A stretch of DNA of 64,000 bases, taken from assembly GCA_007128315.1 (NCBI GenBank), contig SKXQ01000020.1, positions 1,421 to 65,420 on the forward strand, read 5' to 3'. How positions within the stretch are numbered: position 1 is the stretch's first letter; each line of letters begins with the position of its first letter. The notes under the pieces were generated by a model, which was given only the letters and a program-made list of their open reading frames with translations, ran no database searches and had not been told where the DNA came from. This document shows positions 54,320-63,530 of this stretch, piece by piece. A program made the translations under genes and the position numbers. The stretch comes from Spirochaetaceae bacterium (GTDB taxonomy: Bacteria > Spirochaetota > Spirochaetia > DSM-27196 > SKKC01).

Positions 54320-56152
54320 GTGGCTGTACTTTCCCTTCACAACGTCGACTATGCGATCGGATCGCATCCCCTGCTTACTGATGTCTCGCTGCACCTGCAC
54401 CGAGGTGACCGGCTCTGTCTGACCGGGCGAAACGGGACGGGCAAGTCAACCCTTCTTCGCCTTGCCTCCGGGAGACTGGAGCCTGATGCCGGCCAGCTGT
54501 CGCAGGACGCTGATGTACAGGTTGCCATCCTCGATCAGGAGTTTGATCCCGGAATGAAGGGGTCCGCACTGGAGTACGCCTCGTGGGCCGACGCAGCCAC
54601 CCTGGATGAACCTGAACTGCAGGCTGCACGCCTGCACGCCGCAGAGGAAGCGCTTACCCGTCTTTCAGTGCCCTTTGACACAGTGCTCACATCCGCCTCG
54701 GGCGGCATGATCCGCCGCGTCATGCTCGCGCGCGTGCTCGCGTCACGGGCCGATGTGCTCCTGCTTGACGAGCCGACCAACCACCTCGACATCGACACGG
54801 TGCTCTGGCTCGAGGAGTACCTGAAGCGTGTTTCGTCGCGTGACGGAACCGCGATGATCATCGTGACCCACGACAGAGCATTCGCCCGGGCTATCACGAC
54901 CCGGGTCGCCGAGCTCGACCGGGGGCGGCTTCACACTGCCGAGTGCGGCATCGACGAGTTTCAGCGGCGGCGGGAAATCATGCTCGAGCAGGAGCGTTCC
55001 GTTCATCGTGAGTTCGACCGCAAGCTCGCCGAAGAGGAAGCGTGGCTCCGAAAAGGAGTCAAGGCGCGAAGGCGCCGGAACGAGGGGCGCGTGAAGCGTC
55101 TCATCGAAATGCGTGAAACCTGCCGCAACCGCCGGCAGGAAGAATCGTCGGTTCGACTCCAGGCCGGTTCCGGGCTGCGGTCCGGTGATCTCGTATTCGA
55201 GACCGAGAACCTTTCGTTCTCCTACGGAGCTGAACCGATCGTGAGCAGCCTGACAACCACCGTCATGGCCGGCGACCGTGTCGGAGTGGTCGGTCCTAAT
55301 GGCTGCGGGAAGACGACGCTGCTGCGCCTCCTGATCGGCGATCTGGCACCCGTCAGTGGTTCCGTTTACCGCGGTACCAATCTGCAGATTGCGTATTTCG
55401 ATCAGATGCGCGCGCTGCTCGCCCCGGAAAGCACCGTTTTCGAGAATATCGGTGAGGGTTACGACACGGTGGAATCGGGTGGCCAGAGCAAACACGTTAT
55501 TGCCTACGCGCGAGACTATCTGTTCTCCGAGGCAGATCTACAGAAGCCTGCCGGCGTGCTATCCGGTGGTGAGACCAATCGGCTTCTTCTCGCAAAGCTG
55601 TTCGCACGTCCCTCGAACCTGCTTGTGCTCGATGAGCCGAGCAACGACCTTGACGCCGAGACGCTTGATCTCCTCGAAGAGCTTCTGCTCGAATACAAGG
55701 GAACGATCCTGCTGGTGAGTCATGACCGTGAGTTTCTCGACAACGTTGTAACTGGATGCCTCGTGTTTTCGGGCCCGGCCACCGTGTCCGAACACGTGGG
55801 CGGGTATTCCGACTGGCGTGATCGGATAGCGATGCAGGGCATTGATGCTGACCCGGAACCGACGCGCAATGGAGACGCTTCGTCACCGGACCAGGCCAGG
55901 CCCGTCAGCCGCGTACGCCGGCTCAGCTATCGCGAGGCGCAGGAACTCGAAGCTCTGCCCGGGCGTATAGCCGCCTGCGAGGCGGAAATGGAACAGATAC
56001 ACGAGGCGCTTGCCGATGCCAACCTGTACCGGAGTGACGATGGCGGGAAGGTGCAACAGCTCAGCGTACGTCTCTCCGAACTGGAGCAGGAAAGCGAAGA
56101 TCTCTACGAGCGATGGCAGGAGCTCCTGAGCATCGAAGAGGGGCAGGCGTGA
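54320..56152 (+). CDS. uup: ABC-F family ATPase (Uup-like)
   Basis: 610 aa, GTG start. Two ABC domains (GRNGTGKST/LSGGMIRR/LLLDEPTNHLD and GPNGCGKTT/LSGGETNR/LVLDEPSNDLD), no TM segments, C-terminal coiled-coil tail. Confidence 0.85.
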   Translation: MAVLSLHNVDYAIGSHPLLTDVSLHLHRGDRLCLTGRNGTGKSTLLRLASGRLEPDAGQLSQDADVQVAILDQEFDPGMKGSALEYASWADAATLDEPELQAARLHAAEEALTRLSVPFDTVLTSASGGMIRRVMLARVLASRADVLLLDEPTNHLDIDTVLWLEEYLKRVSSRDGTAMIIVTHDRAFARAITTRVAELDRGRLHTAECGIDEFQRRREIMLEQERSVHREFDRKLAEEEAWLRKGVKARRRRNEGRVKRLIEMRETCRNRRQEESSVRLQAGSGLRSGDLVFETENLSFSYGAEPIVSSLTTTVMAGDRVGVVGPNGCGKTTLLRLLIGDLAPVSGSVYRGTNLQIAYFDQMRALLAPESTVFENIGEGYDTVESGGQSKHVIAYARDYLFSEADLQKPAGVLSGGETNRLLLAKLFARPSNLLVLDEPSNDLDAETLDLLEELLLEYKGTILLVSHDREFLDNVVTGCLVFSGPATVSEHVGGYSDWRDRIAMQGIDADPEPTRNGDASSPDQARPVSRVRRLSYREAQELEALPGRIAACEAEMEQIHEALADANLYRSDDGGKVQQLSVRLSELEQESEDLYERWQELLSIEEGQA

Positions 56153-56182
56153 CGTCTGTTTCCGTGGCCAGGTGAACCTGCG

Positions 56183-56794
56183 TTACGGCGGGTTCCCGCC
56201 GGTCCGGTTCTCCAGATATGCGATGAAGGCCAGAAACGATTCACTCTGGGGTCTGCCGGGGTCGACAAGCGGATTAAAGTCTCCTCCGCCTGCAAACACC
56301 GCGAGGTCGCTGACAGGTTCCGACTGATCGGCAGAGGTCGACGAAGATGAGCCGCTTCCTTCGCCGGACGCACGCCCGCTTCCCCGCTGCTGTGCAGTCG
56401 CCGAGGGGGCTCCGGCACTGCTCATGCGTTCACGATCGGACGCGATCCACAGCTGGTCGGTAAAGGTGAGTTGTCGGGTTGTGAGGACTTCGTCTTCGAT
56501 ATGGGACAGGTATGAGTCCGCGATACTTCCGGTCAGCCGGCGGGTCTGAGATATTTCCCGAACGATTGTAAGCAGCTGTTCAACTTGCGGGTCACTCAGG
56601 CGAAGCGGAGCCTGTTCGGCTGACATGGTGTGAATAAAGCCGAGGAAGCGACCGAGATCCAGCATACTGTTCAGCTCGTCACGAGCCGCCTGTATGTCCG
56701 CGCTGCCACCTCTGTTCTGCGCCAGTGCAGGAGAGATGTTCGTGGCTGTCATGATCAATATGACTATCACTGCCCGATGTATGTAGTTACTCAT
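56183..56794 (-). CDS. Hypothetical secreted protein, last gene of the efflux operon
   Basis: 203 aa. Signal peptide (VIVILIMTATNISPALA), helical N-domain, Ser/Gly-rich linker. Its start overlaps the permease stop by 8 nt. Confidence 0.5.
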   Translation of the reverse strand: MSNYIHRAVIVILIMTATNISPALAQNRGGSADIQAARDELNSMLDLGRFLGFIHTMSAEQAPLRLSDPQVEQLLTIVREISQTRRLTGSIADSYLSHIEDEVLTTRQLTFTDQLWIASDRERMSSAGAPSATAQQRGSGRASGEGSGSSSSTSADQSEPVSDLAVFAGGGDFNPLVDPGRPQSESFLAFIAYLENRTGGNPP

Positions 56795-58013
56795 ATCTTA
56801 GTGCCTCGATGGGATTCAGACGCGATGCTCTCCAGGCGGGATATCCGCCGAAGAATAATCCTACCAGAAACGAAAAACCGAAAGCCGTTACGATCGAGGG
56901 AATGGTCACCTCCGACGCGATGCGGGCGAAACGAAGTGCCGCCCATGATCCGGCTATCCCGATAGCGATGCCGACGACACCGCCAGCGACTGCAATCAGC
57001 ACGGCTTCGGTAAGAAACTGCATGGTTATGTCGCGGCGGCGCGCTCCAAGCGCCATTCGCACGCCGATTTCACGCGTGCGTTCGGTAACCGAGACAAGCA
57101 TGATGTTCATGATGCCGATTCCTCCGACGATCAGACTTATGCCTGCGATGCTTGCAAGCATAAGTGTGAACGTTCCTGCCACACCCTCAACGGTTGCCAG
57201 CAGATCAAGCTGATTGACTACGTAGAAATCTGCTCCCTCCATGGAAGGCATCCGGTGCAGACGGAGGATGTGCTCCTCTATCCTCGCCTGAAGTTCACGC
57301 ATGATCCCGGGCTCTGAGGCCTGGACGGCAATCATCGCGTAGGCAGCGTCTCCCGAAATGCGTCGCTGAAACGTGCTGATCGGAATCAGAACGGAGTTGT
57401 CCTGAGCGGCTGCGCCTTTTTCTTCCATGACGGCGGTGACTACAAACGCGGACCCGTTAATTCGGATGGTGCGCCCGAGGGGGTCCGTACCTGCATCAAA
57501 GAGGTCTCTGTATACCTGCATGCCAATTGCCACGATGTTACTGCGGGAAGCAACGTGACTGTGATCGAAAAACTCGCCGTAGACGGGCCGGAAATTGCGT
57601 ATCTCGGTGTACTCGGGTGTGGTTCCCACGACCGTAACCGCCGCATTCCGGTTTTCGAACTGCAACTGCGCGTTTGCCGTGCTTGCGGGAGCGGCAAGCC
57701 GCAGCAGTTCGGGGTCTATATTCCGTATAGCCTCAAGATCGGCCGGAGTCAGCGTCGGACGAATGTTCGATGTGTTTGTCCGAACGAGTGCTGTACCACG
57801 GGGTTCTCCGGAATACACCATGAGCAGATTGGCACCGAGTTGCTGCAGGTTTCCTGCAACCTCCTGTTGGGCTCCCCGTCCGAGTGCGACGAGCGAAATG
57901 ACGGATGCAACCCCGATCATGACGCCCAACGCGGTCAGACCGGCACGGACGGGAGATCCGGAAATACTGCGGAAGGACATACGAGCGCTTTCCCATAGTG
58001 AGCGTCTACCCAT
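56787..58013 (-). CDS. ABC transporter permease, MacB/FtsX type
   Basis: Start at MGRRSLWESARMSFRSI. MacB periplasmic core domain followed by FtsX TM bundle (REIGVRMALGARRRDI). Confidence 0.85.
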   Translation of the reverse strand: MGRRSLWESARMSFRSISGSPVRAGLTALGVMIGVASVISLVALGRGAQQEVAGNLQQLGANLLMVYSGEPRGTALVRTNTSNIRPTLTPADLEAIRNIDPELLRLAAPASTANAQLQFENRNAAVTVVGTTPEYTEIRNFRPVYGEFFDHSHVASRSNIVAIGMQVYRDLFDAGTDPLGRTIRINGSAFVVTAVMEEKGAAAQDNSVLIPISTFQRRISGDAAYAMIAVQASEPGIMRELQARIEEHILRLHRMPSMEGADFYVVNQLDLLATVEGVAGTFTLMLASIAGISLIVGGIGIMNIMLVSVTERTREIGVRMALGARRRDITMQFLTEAVLIAVAGGVVGIAIGIAGSWAALRFARIASEVTIPSIVTAFGFSFLVGLFFGGYPAWRASRLNPIEALRYE

Positions 58014-58014
58014 C

Positions 58015-58689
58015 TCAGTGTGTCTCCTCGTGAATGATTTCACCATCGCGCAGACGGATCATGCGCCTTGCGCGTTCCGCGAGTTCCGGATCGTGAGTAA
58101 CCAGGATCAACGTCGTCCCTTCGCTGTTCAGGTCTTCGAGAAGCCCCATGATTTCCCGACCGGTATGCGTATCAAGCGCTCCTGTCGGTTCGTCGGCGAG
58201 AAGTACTGCAGGGTCGGTTGCCAGTGCACGTGCAATCGCAACGCGCTGTCGCTGGCCTCCCGAAAGTTCGTTTGGTTTATGGAGCATGCGGTCCGATAAC
58301 CCGACGCGGGTGAGCATCGCATGGGACCGCATTCGCCGTTCGGCTTTGCCTACCCCTGCGTACACAAGCGGTAGTTCCACGTTCTCCCGTGCGTTGAGTC
58401 GGGGAAGCAGATTGAAGGTCTGAAACACGAACCCTATGGTCGCATTGCGTACCTCGGCGAGTCGGTCGCCAGACAAACCGGCAACAGCGTTCCCCGACAG
58501 TCTGTACCGCCCCCTCGAAGTATTGTCCAGGCAGCCAATAATGTTCATGAGCGTGCTCTTCCCTGACCCGCTCGGGCCGATGATGGCAATGTATTCGCCC
58601 GCGTTGATTCGGAGATTCACGTTTCTTAATGCATAGATCGTCTCGCTCCCCATCCGGTATTCCTTGCTCACCTGTTCGAGCTGTATCAT
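58015..58689 (-). CDS. ABC transporter ATP-binding protein (MacB/LolD type)
   Basis: Walker [10 protein letters not shown], signature LSGGQRQR, Walker [12 protein letters not shown]. Confidence 0.9.
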   Translation of the reverse strand: MIQLEQVSKEYRMGSETIYALRNVNLRINAGEYIAIIGPSGSGKSTLMNIIGCLDNTSRGRYRLSGNAVAGLSGDRLAEVRNATIGFVFQTFNLLPRLNARENVELPLVYAGVGKAERRMRSHAMLTRVGLSDRMLHKPNELSGGQRQRVAIARALATDPAVLLADEPTGALDTHTGREIMGLLEDLNSEGTTLILVTHDPELAERARRMIRLRDGEIIHEETH

Positions 58690-59933
58690 TGCCTGCCTCC
58701 GCCGCCGCCGCCGCCACCGGATGTGCCGCCAGTAGTGCTTGCACCGGGAACGGAAATCGGAATCAGGGACTGGCCCGGTTCAGGAGGTTGCGCGGGCGCT
58801 GCGTTCAGGACATCAATGGTACCCAGATCCGGAAGAACAATCTCCTCGTGTACCTCAAGACCTTCGTGTATGACGGTGTGTACTCCGTCGGAGAGACCGA
58901 CGCTTACCCGGCGGGGTTCAACCGTTCCATCGTCGAGCAGAATGTCGACATACGTCCTGTCCCGAACCGTTGAAACGGCTCCAGCGGGAACGAGCAGTCC
59001 GCTGTCGGCGGCAGTGAGTATGGTAAGATCCGCCGTCATGCCGGGTCTGAGATATCCCTCAGCGTTGTTGAATCGGGCCGATACGGTAAAAACGGAGATG
59101 TTACTGACAATCCGTGCAGACGGACTGACAGTGTCGACGAAACCGTTGAACGTTCCGAGGCCTGCCTGGGCCCATTCAAGCGCGTCGATACGCGCCTGAG
59201 CGCGCATATCTACCGCGACCCGACCAATGTCGTACTCATCAATATCCGCAACAAGGCGAACACGACTCGTGTCGGCGATCGTGAGAAGCTCGGTATTCGT
59301 TCCGACGCTGTCGCCGCGGGCAACAGCAGCGTGCGCCACAACGCCGCTCATGGGCGCTCGAAGTATCCGCGCCTCGAACTCGGCCGCGGCCGATTCATAG
59401 TCGAGCACGCGTCGCTGCAGCGAAATAGAGGCAGACTGTTCCGCGTACTCTGCCTGATACAGACTCTCCTCACGCGAGACGAGTTGCTCGCCGGTCGCTA
59501 CGCCCGCTTCGAACAGCCGTCTGGTATCGGACAGTTCCTGCTCGGCGCGTGCGAGTGCACGAGTTGCCCGCTCGTACGAGAGCCGGGCGTCTGCAAGATC
59601 GAGTTCGGCGCGTCGGAGGCGTGATTCGAGGTCCCGGGCGTCAAAGCGAACGACTTCAGCTCCCTCGCTTACAGTTGTGCCGACCGGTGCAATGTACGTG
59701 ACCACACCAGAGCTGCGGGATCGTATAGTTCTGCTTTCCACAGGTTCAACGATCGCAAATGAATCGACGCCTATTCGAACATTTCCTTCGACAGGTTGCG
59801 TGGTTCGCAGGGTGTGCTCGCCATGCTCCGGTACCGTGGCGGTTCCGTTGTAGGCGAGATACCCTGCGGTTATTGCGATCGCTCCTGTAGCGATAATACA
59901 CAGGCCGATGATGAGTTTTATTCCCTTTCTCAT
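58686..59933 (-). CDS. Efflux transporter periplasmic adaptor subunit (MacA/HlyD family)
   Basis: Start at MRKGIKLIIGLCIIATG (ATGA overlap with the TolC gene). Coiled-coil hairpin region, barrel domains, Gly-rich C-terminus. Confidence 0.85.
   Translation of the reverse strand: MRKGIKLIIGLCIIATGAIAITAGYLAYNGTATVPEHGEHTLRTTQPVEGNVRIGVDSFAIVEPVESRTIRSRSSGVVTYIAPVGTTVSEGAEVVRFDARDLESRLRRAELDLADARLSYERATRALARAEQELSDTRRLFEAGVATGEQLVSREESLYQAEYAEQSASISLQRRVLDYESAAAEFEARILRAPMSGVVAHAAVARGDSVGTNTELLTIADTSRVRLVADIDEYDIGRVAVDMRAQARIDALEWAQAGLGTFNGFVDTVSPSARIVSNISVFTVSARFNNAEGYLRPGMTADLTILTAADSGLLVPAGAVSTVRDRTYVDILLDDGTVEPRRVSVGLSDGVHTVIHEGLEVHEEIVLPDLGTIDVLNAAPAQPPEPGQSLIPISVPGASTTGGTSGGGGGGGGRQ
58698..58718 (-). 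repeat. In-frame trinucleotide repeat (GGC x5 with related flanking codons) encoding the C-terminal poly-Gly tail of the adaptor protein
   Basis: Plus strand tcc gcc gcc gcc gcc gcc acc. On the minus strand it encodes the run of eight Gly in the tail ...[15 protein letters not shown]-stop. Confidence 0.8.
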
Positions 59934-61288
59934 GACTGGTTCTCCATAGTGTTCAGTAGCCATTCTTCGAGTGCTTGTGCGGCTCGTTCCGGGTGCGCCC
60001 GCATGAGCGCGGCCTCGTATTCGAGGCGTGCCCGCTCAACGAGGTATTCGCTGCGAAGGATCGCAGCGTCCGCCGTCTGTTCGTCGATTACAGTAGCGCG
60101 ACCGGTTGCAACCTGAACCGATACCAGGTCTCTGGTCTGCCTGCTGCGTTCAAGGGTCTCGAGTGCCGCCGCACGAGCCTCGCGCGCTGCTGCTACGTCA
60201 TGACTTGCCCGTAGTTCGGCTTCGATGACGCGGTTCTCCGCTGCCTGCAGCTGGAGCGCAGATTCCTCCCGCCGTAACCGCGCGTCGGCTTCCGCGAGAT
60301 CCCGGTTCGTGTTCGGGTCAATCGAAAACGAAACCGAGACAGATGCGTTCCATCGCTCCTGTGTCTGCGGTGCCTCACCGAACAGCAACAACTCCGGGCT
60401 CTGGTACGAGACCGATGCACTTCTCGTGTTTGGCGTGATGCTGACCGATGCACCGAGCTCTCCGTATCCGGCCGTATGGGTAACGCCGGTCGCGAGTCGG
60501 GAGAACTCAAGCAGTGAGGCGTACGGTGTCGGCGCAACCGCGAGTGCCTCGAATTCGGCAGAGCGTCGCATGACGTTCAGGTCGATCGTTCGGAGATCAA
60601 CTGCGTGGTCGTCTGAATCGGACAGCAGTACGGGAGGAGGCGTCTGAGCCTCATCAGGTTCAAGCGATAATCCGGTCGCCAGCGCCAGACGATTTACATG
60701 CACCGTACGCTCGGCGATCGTCTGGCGCACGGCCGTCTCCGCCTCGGCGAGTGCAAGCTCACTGCGAATGAGCGTTGTGAGCGAAATCTCGCCCCGTTCG
60801 AACCGAAGTCGATCCGCATCGTATTGCATTGACGCTGCATCCCGTTCAGCCATGCGTACCGTAATAAGTTCCTGCTGCAGCCAGGTCGTATGGTACAGAC
60901 GGGTCACATCCAGAATCGTGTCGCGATGCACGGATTCGAGCTCAAGCCCTCGTTCCGCCGCGGTCGCCGATTGCATTTCGATGCGGCTGATTTGCTCCGC
61001 GGTCAGCCCGAGAGGTATGGCGAGGGTGGCCGATCCGGCCAGACCGCCTCGTGTGAGATCGGTCAGTGCTGGTCCTCCTGTGACCCGGGCCGTGGGGACG
61101 ATGCTCAGTGTCGGAAGGGTTGCTCGTGTGCTGCGTTCAACGGCTAATGCCGCCTCCTCGGCGCGAAGCGCGGCGATTCTGACATCGGGCATTGCCTGTA
61201 TGTCCGCAAGAATCGTATCGAGACTGAATCCGGATGCGACAGTGGTTACGAGCGTGAGTAGCAGGGCGAGCGGTACTATGGTTTTCAT
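59930..61288 (-). CDS. TolC-family outer membrane efflux protein
   Basis: Start at MKTIVPLALLLTLVTTVASG (signal peptide). Duplicated alpha-helical/beta-barrel repeat pattern with long Ala/Arg/Glu-rich helices. Confidence 0.8.
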   Translation of the reverse strand: MKTIVPLALLLTLVTTVASGFSLDTILADIQAMPDVRIAALRAEEAALAVERSTRATLPTLSIVPTARVTGGPALTDLTRGGLAGSATLAIPLGLTAEQISRIEMQSATAAERGLELESVHRDTILDVTRLYHTTWLQQELITVRMAERDAASMQYDADRLRFERGEISLTTLIRSELALAEAETAVRQTIAERTVHVNRLALATGLSLEPDEAQTPPPVLLSDSDDHAVDLRTIDLNVMRRSAEFEALAVAPTPYASLLEFSRLATGVTHTAGYGELGASVSITPNTRSASVSYQSPELLLFGEAPQTQERWNASVSVSFSIDPNTNRDLAEADARLRREESALQLQAAENRVIEAELRASHDVAAAREARAAALETLERSRQTRDLVSVQVATGRATVIDEQTADAAILRSEYLVERARLEYEAALMRAHPERAAQALEEWLLNTMENQS

Positions 61289-61314
61289 ACTGATACAGAT
61301 AGTCGGGCCTGTCG

Positions 61315-61353
61315 GTGAAGAGGTGACGTCGCATATATGAAGTTTGTGTGAAG
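61315..61353. promoter_or_regulatory. Helically phased (G/A)TGAAG direct repeats in the divergent efflux / two-component promoter region
   Basis: gtgaag 61315, gtgacg 61323, atgaag 61337, gtgaag 61348. The TGAAG cores are spaced 22 and 11 bp apart. Confidence 0.35.
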
Positions 61354-61409
61354 TAGCCGATTTTGTCTTGCCCCGATGCGGGATGCCCACCATTATCAGA
61401 CATATCAAT

Positions 61410-62126
61410 ATGGCCTACGTTTTTGTGGTAGAAGACAACGATGGACTCCGCGAGACGATCGTCTCGTATCTGCGCCTCGAGGAGCACACGACATCTGACT
61501 TCGGCCGGATCGACGGCGTCACCGAAGCCGTCGCACGCAGAAAACCGGATCTCATTATTCTCGATGTCATGCTTCCCGATGGCGACGGCTTTCTTTTTGC
61601 GCGTAAACTGCGGGTACATCATTCGGTTCCTATAATTTTTCTGACTGCCCGCAGCGCCGAATCAGACCGTATTACCGGGTTCGAGGTTGGGGGTGACGAC
61701 TACGTGGTTAAACCCTTTTCAATGAAGGAGCTCATGCTTCGGGTGCGCGCGGTGATTGCCAGAAGCGTGTCGGCCAGCCCGAACGAGTCTGATCTTCATG
61801 ACGAATGGATACTCGGGCAGGGTCCGGATGTACATCACCTGGTTATACGTGAATCAACGCACGAAGTGATACATAACACAGATCGGGTATCTCTGACCGC
61901 TGCCGAATGGCGGATACTCGATCATCTGACTTCGAATGCCGGCATTGTCATCACGCGGGATCGTCTTCTTTCGGTCTGTCTTGACTACTACGTTGAAGGA
62001 TCAGAACGGACGATCGACACCCACGTCAAGAACATCCGCGCCAAGCTCGGCGTCTCGGACTGGATCGAGACCATTCGCGGGTACGGATACCGATTTCGCG
62101 GTGAACCGGGGAGGAGCGTGGTATGA
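61410..62126 (+). CDS. OmpR-family response regulator
   Basis: Start at MAYVFVVEDNDGLRETI. DVMLPDGDG. Winged-helix C-terminus (IETIRGYGYRF). Confidence 0.9.
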   Translation: MAYVFVVEDNDGLRETIVSYLRLEEHTTSDFGRIDGVTEAVARRKPDLIILDVMLPDGDGFLFARKLRVHHSVPIIFLTARSAESDRITGFEVGGDDYVVKPFSMKELMLRVRAVIARSVSASPNESDLHDEWILGQGPDVHHLVIRESTHEVIHNTDRVSLTAAEWRILDHLTSNAGIVITRDRLLSVCLDYYVEGSERTIDTHVKNIRAKLGVSDWIETIRGYGYRFRGEPGRSVV

Positions 62127-63463
62127 CCCTGACTGGCAGCATGTTCAGACGTACCGTTCTATCGTTTCTCGCGTCGTACATTGTACTGCTTCTGGTGCTG
62201 GGGATAGCTCTTGCAATCGGCTACCAGCGGTCAATGCAGGAGTGGTCACGGCGCCGGACCGAAGGAGCCGAGCACGCTGCCCGACAGATCCTGGGAAGCG
62301 ACTCGGTTCGAGCCCCGGGGGCCATTGGTGCGCGCGCCGGACGGATACAGGACGAGATCGATCGGAGTATTCCTGGTGACATTGCACTGTTTGTGTACGA
62401 TGCCGACCGCCAGCTGATCGCAACCACGAGAGGTGCGGCACGCGGCAGGGAAGGGATGCAGCGGCCGGATCAGCTTGTGGCTGTGACCCGTGACGGTGAA
62501 ACGCTCGGGTATTTCGCAGTCGGCCCCCCGGTGTTCCGAAACGACGCGGCGAACGACGTTCTTGTCGGTTCATTGACGACGGCTGCCGTGGTCGGTGCCG
62601 TTGTGGCAATCGGTGCGGCCTTTCTCGTAGCCTTCGTGCTTGCAGCCTGGCTGACAGCGCCTGCTACCGAGGTTGCGGACGGTATTATGCGTATCGCAGA
62701 CGGTTCCCTTGATGCTCCGGTTCCGGAGCGTGGAGCGACCGAAGTCTGTATGATCGCGCGTGCTGCCAACGGTCTGTCGGAACGTCTCAGGAGCGAGCGA
62801 GATCTCCGCACGCAGTGGGCTCAGGATATCGCGCACGATCTGCGAACCCCGGTTGCTTCGGCGAAGGCACAACTGGAGGCGATCGTGGACGGTGTGCACG
62901 AGGCGAGTCCCGAGCGTGTCTCGAAAACGCTGAAAGAACTCGAGCGGGTAGAGGTGCTGATTGAAAATCTCGAAGAGCTGACCCGGCTTGAAGCTCCCGA
63001 GACGTCGATCTCAATCACGGCGTTCCCGGCTGCCGATTTCGCTGCGTCGGTCTGCGAGAGCTTCGCAATGGAGGCGGAACGGAAGCAAATTCGTCTGGAG
63101 AGTAATGTTTCGGATGGTATCGTCGAGGGTGATGAACAGCTGTTGTTTCGTGCCGTCGGAAATCTTCTCAGTAATGCAATTCGCCACACACCGGTGGCCG
63201 GCGTTGTCACGATTACGGTTCAGGATTTCGAGATTCGTATCCACAACGACGGAGACCCCATACCCGAAGAGGATGTTCCGCATGTCTTTGACCGGCTGTT
63301 CCGGGGCGAATACGCGAGGAGAAGTCGTGGCACGGGTCTGGGGCTTACGATCGCTCGGCGGATTGTCGAACTGCACCACGGACGTATTATTGTGTCGAGC
63401 AACGCTGCGGACGGAACGACATTCACCATCACCCTGGCGGCAAACTTCACACAGACTTCATAG
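62123..63463 (+). CDS. Sensor histidine kinase (HAMP, HisKA, HATPase_c)
   Basis: Two TM segments, H-box AHDLRTPVA, N-box LLSNAIRHTP, GTGLGLTIA. ATGA overlap with the regulator gene. Confidence 0.9.
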   Translation: MTLTGSMFRRTVLSFLASYIVLLLVLGIALAIGYQRSMQEWSRRRTEGAEHAARQILGSDSVRAPGAIGARAGRIQDEIDRSIPGDIALFVYDADRQLIATTRGAARGREGMQRPDQLVAVTRDGETLGYFAVGPPVFRNDAANDVLVGSLTTAAVVGAVVAIGAAFLVAFVLAAWLTAPATEVADGIMRIADGSLDAPVPERGATEVCMIARAANGLSERLRSERDLRTQWAQDIAHDLRTPVASAKAQLEAIVDGVHEASPERVSKTLKELERVEVLIENLEELTRLEAPETSISITAFPAADFAASVCESFAMEAERKQIRLESNVSDGIVEGDEQLLFRAVGNLLSNAIRHTPVAGVVTITVQDFEIRIHNDGDPIPEEDVPHVFDRLFRGEYARRSRGTGLGLTIARRIVELHHGRIIVSSNAADGTTFTITLAANFTQTS

Positions 63464-63530
63464 AGCCTCCATTTCCGTCTCACGACACGACGCGATACTA
63501 ACCACAAGAACAATACGCAGGAGGAACAAC

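Noticed and set aside
58698-58718. GGC trinucleotide repeat as a phase-variation switch
   Set aside because: The repeat unit is 3 nt and in frame at the extreme C-terminus. Slippage would change only the number of Gly residues and could not switch the adaptor or the downstream ATPase gene on or off.
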